From: Candidatus Latescibacterota bacterium
GTDB lineage: Bacteria > Latescibacterota > UBA2968 > UBA8231
Assembly: GCA_965243025.1 (NCBI GenBank)
Contig: CBDETY010000003.1
Span: 2,336,001-2,400,000 of the forward strand
Reading direction: 5' to 3'
DNA length: 64,000 nt
In this document: positions 40,101 to 48,813 of the stretch, in pieces
How positions within the stretch are numbered: position 1 is the stretch's first letter
Layout of the letters: each line of letters begins with the position of its first letter
Translations under genes and position numbers: made by a program
Notes under the pieces: generated by a model
Told to the model about the DNA's origin: nothing
What the model saw: only the letters and a program-made list of their open reading frames with translations
Databases searched by the model: none

Positions 40101-40570
40101 CGCCCCTGCAGCCTGCCCAGCATCTCCGCGTAAAGGCAGAGTTGCAGAATGGTTCCCGGTTTCGTGTGCGCCGACAGCTTGGTGTCCACCACCTCGTAGT
40201 GGTACTCCCCGAGGCCGCTTCTGCCCGGCACCCGCAGCAGCACGTCGGCGCGGCCGTTCCAGCAGCCGTCCTCAAGCCAGGCCTGCGAGATGGCGCCGGC
40301 ACCCTCGGCCAGGGCCCGGCGCGTCGCTTCGAGATCCTTGTTTCCCGGCAACTCCTGCACTTGCATGCCCTGGTTTTTGAGATGATCCAGGTAGGACCGC
40401 TCGTGCTCCATCCCCTTCTGCCGCAGCACATCGACCCCCGGGTCGTACCAGCGGGGTTTCCGTAGCTCACCCTTTGCCCCGCGCACCTCGAGCTGGATCA
40501 GGTGACGGCAGGCGAGCTGCTTGGCGAGGTCTGTGGCGGACAGCCTGAGACCGGAGTCTGAAAAATGCAT
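37169..40570 (-). CDS. TM0106-family RecB-like nuclease / RNase H-like / SF1 helicase fusion
   Basis: N-terminal Cys plus CEHCNVC..C (Fe-S staple-like), GRADVL..VVDTK..QL..Y, FFDLEGDP..YNEDDC, QGPPGSGKT, FVDEAGQ, GDPQQL, TVDRFQGQE, NRLNVATSRA. Confidence 0.92.
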   Translation of the reverse strand: MHFSDSGLRLSATDLAKQLACRHLIQLEVRGAKGELRKPRWYDPGVDVLRQKGMEHERSYLDHLKNQGMQVQELPGNKDLEATRRALAEGAGAISQAWLEDGCWNGRADVLLRVPGRSGLGEYHYEVVDTKLSAHTKPGTILQLCLYAEMLGRLQGRRPDAVKVVTPGTGFEPEVYRVDHYEACYRRVKRRLEEAARNGADTYPEPCEHCNVCDWWKLCDRQRHDDDHLSLVAGITRGQRSELTGWGIGTVERFGCEPLEPGLKPGRGSRESLDHSQHQAHVQLKDRTSPEPYFETLPVSEDSGLARLPEPDAGDLFFDLEGDPFVGEAGLEYLFGWAAVPDGSPGEPAYGHDWAHDGQSEQVAFERFIDMVMERREKHPGMHVYHYAPYEPAALKRLMGRYATREQEVDELLRAEAFVDLYRVTRQAVRAGVESYSIKELERFFGYERRIALPEVSRPKRRLEALLETGQGQAAPEEIREIVRRYNEDDCVSTWRLRQWLEELRDGQVAAGVEVPRPLPQEGEPGGALSERQQELEDLRGRLTEGVSPLPEERNRDEQGRWLLAYLLDWHWREEKTAWWEFFRLRDLPEDELLDEKAGVAGLEWKEQLPKMGKERNPRHRYSYPEQIVEIGEGAKLFDADGERLGEVVGIDLIVRTVDIKQSGNKKEARPRSVYEWDEIRADKLRESLMRLGEWVAGNGVDAGGAETCARAGRDLLLRLGPRRTRPGPLRSGGESAVDAARRLTGVLDGGTLPVQGPPGSGKTFTGARMIVDLVKRGKRVGVSAVSHKVIVNLLESALKAAAEEKAELACLHKVTVPSDKPPEGIEETTSNQRPLAALEAGEATVVGGTAWLWSREEYAGSVDVLFVDEAGQMSLANALAMSPCARSLVLLGDPQQLEQPQKGSHPEGTDVSALQHVIGEGSVMPQEKGLFLEQTWRLHPAVCGFTSRQFYEGQLSSREGMERQAVEGPTKYRGAGLWVEEVEHEGNQGTSPEEVERVAEVVADLTREGVTWRDTDGKVKRLEDILVVAPYNAQVAELRARLPGVEVGTVDRFQGQEAAAVVYSMTTSSPEDAPRGMEFLYSLNRLNVATSRARCVCILVATPKLFEPECRSVRQMRLANGICAFSEEARSP

Positions 40571-40630
40571 TCCGTGTTTGTTCCGGGTTGAGCAGCAGTG
40601 GAAGGTTCACTCCCGGCAACGCCGGAAGGG

Positions 40631-41445
40631 CTACGTTTGCGGCTTCCGGGGCGCGCCTACCCCTCCCGCTCCTCGGCGAACTGCCCCTCCCTTTCGAGCC
40701 GTTCCCATACGGCCGCAGGCCAGCACGTTGCCGATGCCGCCGCCGCCGAGCATGTAGAGGTCGGCCATGCCGAGAGTCGAGTCCATGGCGGTTCCGAGCT
40801 GGCCCCCGTGCCCCATGATCAAAGGGATGCGGGTGCGCTCCCGCAGGTTGCGCCAGCCGTGGACGTCCCAGCGCGCCAGCGGGTCCTCGACGAACCCGAC
40901 CACCGGGTGGTCCTCGAGTTGCCGCAGGATCGGCAGCACCGTGGCCACGGTGCGCGGCAGGCGGGTGTGGGGGGCGCCGCGGCCTCGGCACAGGCGGTAT
41001 GCTCCATCACGTCCCACAGCGGCGAGGTGTGCATCTTCAGGATGGTATACCCCCCGGCGGCCGCGTGCCGCACCTCGTCGGCGAGCTCCGTCGGGGAGCA
41101 GGGCCGCGTCCAGGCGGCCAGCGACACGGCGTCGCGCCGCTTCTTCCCCATCAGCTTGTAGGCGGGGACCTCGAGCCGTTTCCCCATCAGGTCGTACAGG
41201 GCCGCGGCCAGGCCGTGGTTGAGGTTGCTGCCGACGAAGTCGAACGGGTCGCGCCCGATTACCGGCTCGACCGCGGACCGGGGCGGCACCGGTCCCCGCG
41301 TCTCCCCGTAGCCGACGAGCCCCGAGTCGGTGGCGACGCGGTACACGGCGATTCTGGACAGCTGCCCGTAGAAGGCGAAGTTGCCGCGGTTGCGGGCCTG
41401 GTTCCGGGGGTGGATCTGGATGACGTCGACGTCGGGGATCTTCAT
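40631..41445 (-). pseudogene. Frameshifted, truncated mandelate racemase/muconate lactonising enzyme family gene
   Basis: The 5' frame (41445 to about 40970) and the 3' frame (about 40970 to 40710) both align with the intact paralog at 43762-44988. The HYDFN segment is missing at the junction and the C-terminus is lost. Confidence 0.85.
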
Positions 41446-41509
41446 GGCGTGCCCGGGGGCTCCGGCGGCAGCAACACGGGCAGGGCCCAGGAAGCCTGGA
41501 GGGGGAACG

Positions 41510-41704
41510 TCAGAAGGCTTTTTCGCCCCCGGACTCCTTCAGAATGTGATTGGCGGTGTGACGGGATTTTATTTGTCGGGGAACGGTAACGTGTCTTTTT
41601 GTCAGCGGGCTGTACCAGATCTCGTGACTGCCCTTTCCCTCCCGAACTTTATGGCATCCGATATCGGTGAGCAGTCTTCTGACCTGCCTTGAAAAATCTG
41701 CCAC
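41510..41704 (-). CDS. hicA: HicA family toxin
   Basis: GCHKVREGKGSHEIWYSP..VTVP..SRHTANHILKE.G. Confidence 0.88.
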   Translation of the reverse strand: MADFSRQVRRLLTDIGCHKVREGKGSHEIWYSPLTKRHVTVPRQIKSRHTANHILKESGGEKAF

Positions 41705-41937
41705 TACACAAACTCAAGCACTGTTTCCCCGTGAATTTTGCAGAGAAGGGAGGCAGTCGTGTCGCCTGTAACGCCGTTCAGACGCAGCAACTCCGGCACC
41801 AGGCGGCGCGCTTCCTCGACAATGCCGTCGAGGGTTTCTGATTCAAGGACCAGGCCCGGGACGTCCTCACTGGTGGCAAACCATACTTTCGCTTCTGAAT
41901 CCCAGGTCGAACTGATAGTGATTTCCCCGACGGCCAT
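41704..41937 (-). CDS. DUF1902-type (HicB-like) antitoxin
   Basis: WDSEAKVWFATSEDVPGLVLES.TLD..VPELLRLN; AAGGAGG RBS; overlaps the hicA start. Confidence 0.82.
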   Translation of the reverse strand: MAVGEITISSTWDSEAKVWFATSEDVPGLVLESETLDGIVEEARRLVPELLRLNGVTGDTTASLLCKIHGETVLEFV

Positions 41938-42261
41938 ATCGCTCCTCCTTGATTCGAAACAGTACCGGAGGTGATGCCTTGGTGGCCAGGCCCCATGCGG
42001 ACCGGTCCGGCGCCGCCTCAGGCGGCGAAGATCACCTTGCAAAATCGTCCTGTCAACGCGATCTCCCGTCCAGATCAGCGAGCCGAACGGGCCGGGACTG
42101 GGCTCCATCCCGGCAGGCGGCCGGAGCATCGGCAAAAACCCGGAGGTTTGGCATTCGCACGTGTTAATCCTGCCCGCACTGCGCCCCTATATTGATCCTC
42201 CGGCAGCCGCCCGCCACCGCACCCCGAATCCTCCGCACCAAAAAAAAACCCACATCCGCCC

Positions 42262-43641
42262 ATGAACCCGTTCACCCTCGCCCGCCCCGAGCTCGAGGCC
42301 CTTCTCGGAGAGCGCCTGTCGGTGGCCGGCGACGTGCTCGCCTCCCACTCGAAGGACGCCTCCCACCACCGGCCGCGTCCGCCGCAGGCAGTCGCCTTCC
42401 CGGAGAGCAATACCGAGGTCGTGGCGCTCGTCGAGGTCTGCCGCGGCCACCGCCTCCCCATCATCCCCTTCGGCAAGGGGACCGCGGTCGAGGGGGGCGT
42501 GGTCGCGGTCAGCGGCGGGCTCAGCGTCGACCTCTCCCGCATGAACGCCGTCCTCGAGGTCAACGCCGGCGACCTCGACGCCAGGGTCGAGGCCGGGGTG
42601 ACGCGCAAGCAGCTGAACCGCCACCTCGCCGAGGCCGGCACCGGCCTGCACTTCCCCGTCGACCCGGGGGCCGACGCCAGCCTCGGGGGCATGGCCGCCA
42701 CCCGCGCCTCCGGGACTGAAGCCGTGGGCTACGGGACCATGCGCGAGAACGTCCTTGGTTTGACGGTGGTGACCGCCGGCGCGCGGCTGGTGCGGACCGG
42801 GGGCCGGGCGCGCAAATCGGCAGCCGGGTACGACCTCACCCGGCTGCTGGTCGGCTCCGAGGGTACCCTCGGGATCATCACCGAGGTCTGCGTCAGGCTT
42901 GCCCGGCTGCCCGAAGCGATCGCCGCGGCGGTCTGCCCCTTTCCCGGCATCGAAGCAGCCACCGCCGCGGTGATCGAGCTGATCTCCTCGGGCATCCGGG
43001 TCGCCCGCAGCGAGCTCCTCGACGAGATCCAGATCGACGCCGTCAACCGCTGGGCCGGCTTCGACCACCCGGTCACGCCGACCCTGTTCCTCGAGTTCCA
43101 CGGCAGCGGGCAGGCGGTAGCCGAGCAGGCCGCGGCCGCCGGGGACATCGCCGCCCGCCACGGAGGCGCGGACTTCCGGTGGGCAACCGAAGAGCCGGAG
43201 CGGGAGCGCCTCTGGCAGGCCCGCCACGACGGCTACTACGCCTGCCTCGCCCTGCGCCCCGGGTCGGTGGGGTACGTCACCGACGTCTGCGTCCCGGTCT
43301 CGCGGCTGGCCGACTGCATACTGCGGGCCAGGCGCGACCTTTCCGGCTCAAAGCTGATCGCCCCGGTCTTCGGGCACGTGGGAGACGGCAACTTCCACGT
43401 CGTCTACCTCGTCGATCCGAAGCGTCCGGAAGAGCTGGAAGAAGCCCGCCGCCTCGGGGACCGCCTGATCGCCCACGCCCTCGAGCTGGGGGGAACCTGC
43501 AGCGGCGAGCACGGCATCGGCATCGGCAAGCTCGACGCCCTCGAGCGGGAGTTCGGCGAGGGAGTGGGGCTCATGCGGGACATCAAGCGGGCCCTCGACC
43601 CGGACAACATCATGAACCCGGGGAAGGTGGTGCGGCTGTAA
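42262..43641 (+). CDS. FAD-linked 2-hydroxyacid oxidoreductase (D-lactate dehydrogenase/GlcD family)
   Basis: PFGKGTAVEG, FPVDPGADASLGGM, GSEGTLGII, GHVGDGNFH, GEHGIG, MNPGK. Confidence 0.92.
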   Translation: MNPFTLARPELEALLGERLSVAGDVLASHSKDASHHRPRPPQAVAFPESNTEVVALVEVCRGHRLPIIPFGKGTAVEGGVVAVSGGLSVDLSRMNAVLEVNAGDLDARVEAGVTRKQLNRHLAEAGTGLHFPVDPGADASLGGMAATRASGTEAVGYGTMRENVLGLTVVTAGARLVRTGGRARKSAAGYDLTRLLVGSEGTLGIITEVCVRLARLPEAIAAAVCPFPGIEAATAAVIELISSGIRVARSELLDEIQIDAVNRWAGFDHPVTPTLFLEFHGSGQAVAEQAAAAGDIAARHGGADFRWATEEPERERLWQARHDGYYACLALRPGSVGYVTDVCVPVSRLADCILRARRDLSGSKLIAPVFGHVGDGNFHVVYLVDPKRPEELEEARRLGDRLIAHALELGGTCSGEHGIGIGKLDALEREFGEGVGLMRDIKRALDPDNIMNPGKVVRL

Positions 43642-43761
43642 ATCTCCGGGGTCCTGCCGGGGACCTCGCTCATCTTTACCCTCCCGGGGCGATTCTCTAT
43701 CGTTAGCCGCCGCTCGCGGCTCCCCCACCTGCCGAAAGCATCCTCCCACCCGGAAAGCCTC

Positions 43762-44988
43762 ATGAAAATCACCGACATCGAAGTCTTCCACATCAACCCG
43801 CGGCTTGCCGACCGCAACGCCGGCCAGAAACCCCGCTTCGTCGGCATCGACACGCAGACCGTGTACAAGGTCGCCACCGACAACGGCATCGTCGGCTACG
43901 GGGAATCCCGCGGCCACTCCCAACTGCCGGAAAAGACCCGGGAGACGCTCGTCGGCCGCAATCCCTTCGAGCTCGTCAACTCCCCGTGGACCGGCGGCCT
44001 CACCGGGGCGCTCTTCGACGTCATGGGCAAGCACGTCGAGCTGCCGGCGTACCGGCTGATGGGAGAGAAGGTGCGGGAGCGCGTGCCGGTGGCGGCCTGG
44101 ACGCGGCCGGCTTCCCCGGAGGACCTGGCCGCCGAGGTGCAGCGCGCCGCGGACGAGGGGTACACCCTCTTCAAGATCCACACCTGCACCTACTACGACG
44201 TGCTGGAGCAGCACCGGGCCGTGGAGGACGTCGCCCCCCCGGGATTCCTCATGCACTACGACTTCAACCACAACCGCACCCCGGGCGCGGTTTCGCGGCT
44301 GATCGAGGAGCTCGAGAAGTCGCCGTTCACCGGCTTCATCGAGGACCCGGTGCGCTGGCAGGACCTCGACGGCTGGCGCTCCCTGCGGGAGAGGACGCGG
44401 CTGCCGCTGGTGATGCATGTGCCCCAGCTCGGCGGCGGACCGGAGATCATCCACGGCTGCGCCGACATGTACATGGTCGGCGAGGGAGGTACCGGCACCC
44501 CGGTGCAGCGCGGCTTCGCCTGCGGCCAGGCCAACCTCTCGGTGGTGATCCAGATGACCGGCGGCACCCTGTGCAAGGCCCTGGCCATGCACCTCGGGGC
44601 GGTGCTGCCGAACCTGTCCCATTCCATCAACCTCGACGACCAGTACGGCGAGGACGTAACCGGCGGCCGCCTCGAGGTCGCAGAGGGCAGCACCCCGGTT
44701 CCGGAAGAACCGGGACTCGGGGTCTCCGTCGACGAGACGGAGCTGGCTCGCATCGCCGAGAACCCCAGGACGGTGCTGCCCCGCTTCATCACGGAGATGC
44801 GTCTGCCCCGCGGCGGGATCTACTCGAAGGCGGGGTGGCCCAACGTCGAGAGCGTGACCGGTTTCGCCGAGGGGAACGTCAGGGGGATCCGCCTCGACGT
44901 GCGCGACGACGACGGCAGCGACGAGTTCGACCGCCTCTACCGGGAGCTCGAAGAGAAGGGCCCCCGCTTCGACAACCCGAACGCCTGA
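43762..44988 (+). CDS. Mandelate racemase/muconate lactonising enzyme (enolase superfamily)
   Basis: TDNGIVGYGE, ALFDVMGK...PAYRLMG, KIH, HYDFN, IEDP, PGLGVSVDE. Confidence 0.88.
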   Translation: MKITDIEVFHINPRLADRNAGQKPRFVGIDTQTVYKVATDNGIVGYGESRGHSQLPEKTRETLVGRNPFELVNSPWTGGLTGALFDVMGKHVELPAYRLMGEKVRERVPVAAWTRPASPEDLAAEVQRAADEGYTLFKIHTCTYYDVLEQHRAVEDVAPPGFLMHYDFNHNRTPGAVSRLIEELEKSPFTGFIEDPVRWQDLDGWRSLRERTRLPLVMHVPQLGGGPEIIHGCADMYMVGEGGTGTPVQRGFACGQANLSVVIQMTGGTLCKALAMHLGAVLPNLSHSINLDDQYGEDVTGGRLEVAEGSTPVPEEPGLGVSVDETELARIAENPRTVLPRFITEMRLPRGGIYSKAGWPNVESVTGFAEGNVRGIRLDVRDDDGSDEFDRLYRELEEKGPRFDNPNA

Positions 44989-45028
44989 CCGGGCGCCCCG
45001 GCGCACCTGGATTCCGGAGATCGCCCCA

Positions 45029-46174
45029 ATGACCGGCAGCCTCATCGACAACCTCACCCGCATCGGCAACGGCAGGACGGGCCGCGCCTCCTCGTGGGAC
45101 ACCAGCGGCCGCAACGCCGACTCCTGGTCCTTCGAGCCGGGGGAGTCGCGGGTGCTCGCCGACATCGACGGCCCCGGCGCCGTCACCCACCTGTGGATGA
45201 CCCAGCCGAACCACTACCGCGAGGTGCTGCTGAAGATCACCTGGGACAACGCCCGGCAGCCGAGCGTGCTCTGCCCGCTCGGGGACTTCTTCGGGCTCGG
45301 CCACGGGATCGTCAACTCCTACCAGTCGCTGCTGTTCAGCGCCTCGACCCGCCGCGACAACTGCTTCGACGAGGGCTGCGCCCTCAACAGCTACGTGCGC
45401 ATGCCGTTCCGCGAGCGCGCCGTCGTCGAGCTCGTCAACGAGAGCAGGGAGCTCCACCGCCAGTACTTCTACGTCGACTACGAGCAGGACGCCGCCTCGC
45501 CGCCGGAAGACGCCGGGTACTTCCACGCCGAGTTCCGCCGCGAGAACCCGTTCGGCGGCTGGTCGCACGACATCCCCGTCAACCACCCGGAAGCCAACGT
45601 CGTCAACAAGGAACGCGCCGCCTGGGAGAACAACTACGTCATCCTCGAGACGACCGGCCGCGGCCACTACGTCGGCTGCAACCTCAGCGTCACCAACTTC
45701 CAGGGGACCTGGTGGGGAGAGGGGGACGACATGATCTGGGTCGACGGGTACAAGTGGCCCCCCGACCTGCACGGCACCGGCAGCGAGGACTACCTCAACC
45801 AGGCCTGGGGCATGCAGGACAACGCCTTCCTGCGCAACGGCTCGTCGATCCACGAGGAGAACACCGGCGGCTACCAGACCAGCTACGTCCACCACCTCGA
45901 GAACCCGGTCCGCTTCGAGAGGGAGATCAGGGTCACCATCGAGCACGGACACGGGAACCACCTCTGCAACGAGATGAGCAGCGTCGCCTACTGGTACGGG
46001 GCGGAGCCTGGCGGGGTGAAGAAGCCGCCCCCGGTCGCCAGGCGCATGCCGGTGCTTCGCGACAACCAGGGGAGCTGGCTCCACCAGCGCCGCAACCAGA
46101 CGACGTCGAGGAGGGTCGAGCCGAACCGCGAGATGCGCAGGATGGCGGAGAAGTGGAAGAAACGGGGCTCCTAG
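45029..46174 (+). CDS. DUF2961 / GH172-like glycoside hydrolase
   Basis: GPGAVTHLWMT, PLGDFFG, NSY..MPF, GHYVG, WWGEGDDM, GTGSEDY. Confidence 0.88.
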   Translation: MTGSLIDNLTRIGNGRTGRASSWDTSGRNADSWSFEPGESRVLADIDGPGAVTHLWMTQPNHYREVLLKITWDNARQPSVLCPLGDFFGLGHGIVNSYQSLLFSASTRRDNCFDEGCALNSYVRMPFRERAVVELVNESRELHRQYFYVDYEQDAASPPEDAGYFHAEFRRENPFGGWSHDIPVNHPEANVVNKERAAWENNYVILETTGRGHYVGCNLSVTNFQGTWWGEGDDMIWVDGYKWPPDLHGTGSEDYLNQAWGMQDNAFLRNGSSIHEENTGGYQTSYVHHLENPVRFEREIRVTIEHGHGNHLCNEMSSVAYWYGAEPGGVKKPPPVARRMPVLRDNQGSWLHQRRNQTTSRRVEPNREMRRMAEKWKKRGS

Positions 46175-46242
46175 CGCCGGCGCCGGCCGCCGCGCTTCCT
46201 TCGTCTCTGTGATTTCGACGCGTTTCCCGATCCTTGGTCGCT

Positions 46243-47418
46243 ATGTCCCCAACCCCTCTGAACAGCCAATCCCCGGACTGGTCCGCGGAGCCGTCCTTCG
46301 AGCCTGCCGTCTTCGCGCCCCCCGGACTCGGCGGCGAGGCTCTGTACTTCGCCTTCCGCGGCGACCGCCTGCTGGTGCGCAGGGCCGGGGGCCGCCCCGA
46401 GGTGCCGCGGCTGACCTCCTTCGCCGAGGCCGGTGTGGAGACGCAGGCGGATGCGGGCGAACCGAGGGGAGATGGGGGCCGCGGACAAAGGGGATCCCAG
46501 GGAGCAAGCGGAGACCCGGACGGAGGCGGCGAAACCTTGGATGCGGAAGGCCGGGGACTACGGGAATCCAAAGGAACCGGCGCGAGTGGGGCCGAAACCT
46601 TGGTTGGCGAAGGCCGCGGTCAAGGTGAATCCAGGGAACCCGGCGGGGGCCGGGCCGAACCGCCGGATGCAGATGACGGCAATCCTTCGGAATTTCCGGG
46701 AGCCCGGACCGCTCCGGCCGAGCATTACCTCGGGGCCATCGCCGAGGACCACCCCGGCAGCCACGCCGGCCTCCACTGCTTCGCCGTCGACCTTCCCGAC
46801 TCCGCCGAGGCCGCGGACGGCCTCGCCTTTCAGGGCCTGCGGAAACTGTTCGGCCTCATCGACGAGGAGCTGTTCGCCGTGGCCGGCCGCGCCTTCCAGG
46901 TCGTGCAGTGGGACCGCACCCACCGCTTCTGCGGGCGCTGCGGCGGCGCCACCGCGCACCACGAGCGGGACCGCGCCCGCCAGTGCCCCGGCTGCGGCCT
47001 GGTCTCCTACCCGAGGGTGTCGCCGGCCGTCATCGTGCTCGTCAGCCGCGGCGACCGCTTCCTGCTCGCCCGCAACGCCAGCTTCCCCGGAAAGCGCTAC
47101 AGCATCATCGCCGGCTTCGTAGAGGCCGGGGAGACCCTCGAGACCGCGGTGGTCCGCGAGATCCGCGAGGAGGTCGGCATCGAGGTCCGCAACGTCGCCT
47201 ACTTCGGCAGCCAGCCGTGGCCGTTCCCCCACTCGCTGATGGTCGGCTTCACCGCCGAGCACGCCTCCGGGGAGATCGCCATCGACGGCGAGGAGATCGT
47301 CGACGCCGGCTGGTACCGCGCCGACCCGGAGCAGCTTCCCGAGCTGCCCAACCGCATCAGCATCTCGCGCCGGATCATCGATTCCTTCCTGAACGCCCAC
47401 GGGGTCCACCTGCCGTGA
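46243..47418 (+). CDS. nudC: NAD+ diphosphatase with ~90-aa repeat insertion
   Basis: FCGRCG..CPGCG..YPR zinc ribbon, AGFVEAGETLE..VREIREEVG, SQPWPFPHSLM. Confidence 0.92.
   Translation: MSPTPLNSQSPDWSAEPSFEPAVFAPPGLGGEALYFAFRGDRLLVRRAGGRPEVPRLTSFAEAGVETQADAGEPRGDGGRGQRGSQGASGDPDGGGETLDAEGRGLRESKGTGASGAETLVGEGRGQGESREPGGGRAEPPDADDGNPSEFPGARTAPAEHYLGAIAEDHPGSHAGLHCFAVDLPDSAEAADGLAFQGLRKLFGLIDEELFAVAGRAFQVVQWDRTHRFCGRCGGATAHHERDRARQCPGCGLVSYPRVSPAVIVLVSRGDRFLLARNASFPGKRYSIIAGFVEAGETLETAVVREIREEVGIEVRNVAYFGSQPWPFPHSLMVGFTAEHASGEIAIDGEEIVDAGWYRADPEQLPELPNRISISRRIIDSFLNAHGVHLP
46456..46716 (+). repeat. Degenerate in-frame tandem repeat (63-72 bp units) inside nudC
   Basis: Units start G(G/C)CGAA at 46456, 46528, 46591 and 46654. 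Units 2 and 3 share GAAACCTTGG...GAAGGCCG...GAATCCA. Confidence 0.7.
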
Positions 47419-48077
47419 GCGCCCGGGGAAAGCCCCTGACCCGGGCGCAGAAGGCGGATGTGATCGTCAGCACCCTCGACGAGCTGTTCCCGCAGCCGGC
47501 GATCCCGCTCAGGCACCGCGACCCCTACACCCTGCTGGTGGCGGTGGTGCTGTCGGCGCAGTGCACCGACGCGCGCGTCAACGAGGTGACCCCGGTGCTG
47601 TTCGCCCGGACCGACACCGCGGAAGGGATGGCGCGGCTGACCGCGGCGCAGATCGAGAAGATCATCAAGCCCTGCGGACTGGCCCCCACCAAGGCGAAGA
47701 ACATCCGCGCGACCTCCCGCATCCTCGCGGAGCAGTACGGGGGGGAGGTGCCGCGCAGCCTCGACGAGCTGGAGACCCTGCCCGGGGTCGGGCACAAGAC
47801 CGCGCAGGTGGTGGTGTCGCAGGCCTTCGGCATCCCCGCCTTTCCGGTGGACACCCACATCCACAGGCTCGCCTACCGCTGGGGCCTGTCGACGGGAAAG
47901 AACGTCGTGCAGACCGAGAAGGACCTGAAGCGCACCTTCCCGGAGGAACGCTGGAACGACCTCCACAAGCAGATCATCTACTTCGGCCGCCAGTACTGCC
48001 CCGCCCGGGGCCACGACCCGGAGGAGTGCGTCCTGTGCCGCGTCGTCGGCCGCAGGAGCCTTTTCGCGAGGCGGTAG
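47415..48077 (+). CDS. nth: Endonuclease III
   Basis: LLVAVVLSAQCTDARVN, LPGVGHKTA (HhH), FPVDTHIHR. GTG overlaps the nudC stop. Confidence 0.93.
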   Translation: MSARGKPLTRAQKADVIVSTLDELFPQPAIPLRHRDPYTLLVAVVLSAQCTDARVNEVTPVLFARTDTAEGMARLTAAQIEKIIKPCGLAPTKAKNIRATSRILAEQYGGEVPRSLDELETLPGVGHKTAQVVVSQAFGIPAFPVDTHIHRLAYRWGLSTGKNVVQTEKDLKRTFPEERWNDLHKQIIYFGRQYCPARGHDPEECVLCRVVGRRSLFARR

Positions 48078-48115
48078 CGGCAGCTGGCTGAATATGGAAA
48101 TAGCCCCGTCAGGGT

Positions 48116-48625
48116 TCAGGCAGGCGGGACAATCAGGACGGCCAGTCTGGCGGTATTGAATAAATCGGCCAGGGTACTGAGCAGGATGTTGAAATCGTGC
48201 AGGAAAAGGGACCCCTCGTTGACGAACACGAGCGGGGTCAGCAATTCATCGGTTTCCGGACTCACGGAGATGTCGTAAATGACCGCGTAGGTCAGGGGAA
48301 GCAAACTGCCCTCTTCGGGTACTTCCAGGTAGATGCCCCGAAACGATTTCGGGGAGATGCGGTCATCCCATATCCAGATATTGTAGTTTTCGTCGTACTC
48401 GATGTCGTGAAAAATCAAGACCGCTTCTGCGGGTGGACCCTGTTCCCCCTGAGGGCCTCGTTCACCCGGTGGGCCCGGCTCTCCTTGTTCGCCTCGGGGA
48501 CCTCGATCACCTGGTGGACCCTGCTCCCCCTGTTCGCCTTGGGGGCCTCGTTCACCTGGTGGACCCATCGGACCCTCGCACGCGATCAGGGCCGCGGTGA
48601 CCAGGACCACGAAAAAGCGGCTCAT
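48116..48625 (-). CDS. Collagen-like lipoprotein
   Basis: Lipobox LIAC followed by 16 uninterrupted G-X-Y triplets; GGAGG RBS. Confidence 0.82.
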   Translation of the reverse strand: MSRFFVVLVTAALIACEGPMGPPGERGPQGEQGEQGPPGDRGPRGEQGEPGPPGERGPQGEQGPPAEAVLIFHDIEYDENYNIWIWDDRISPKSFRGIYLEVPEEGSLLPLTYAVIYDISVSPETDELLTPLVFVNEGSLFLHDFNILLSTLADLFNTARLAVLIVPPA

Positions 48626-48813
48626 CTCGTTACCTCCGGGGTTTGAAAAGGGCTGTCTGATTCCGGATAAAAGGGAATCCGGAGTGTGCGGCAGGAATTA
48701 ACTCAAACCCTGGACAGGCACAATCTGGTCATGCCTCTCCAGCCCCGGGCTGGGATTCGAGGAAATCCCGGCGGGAACGAACCCCGCTTCACCACCACAA
48801 GGAGAACTGGCAC

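Noticed and set aside
40819-41017. Programmed frameshift in the enolase-superfamily gene
   Set aside because: A catalytic segment is deleted and the C-terminus is missing, which indicates decay rather than recoding.
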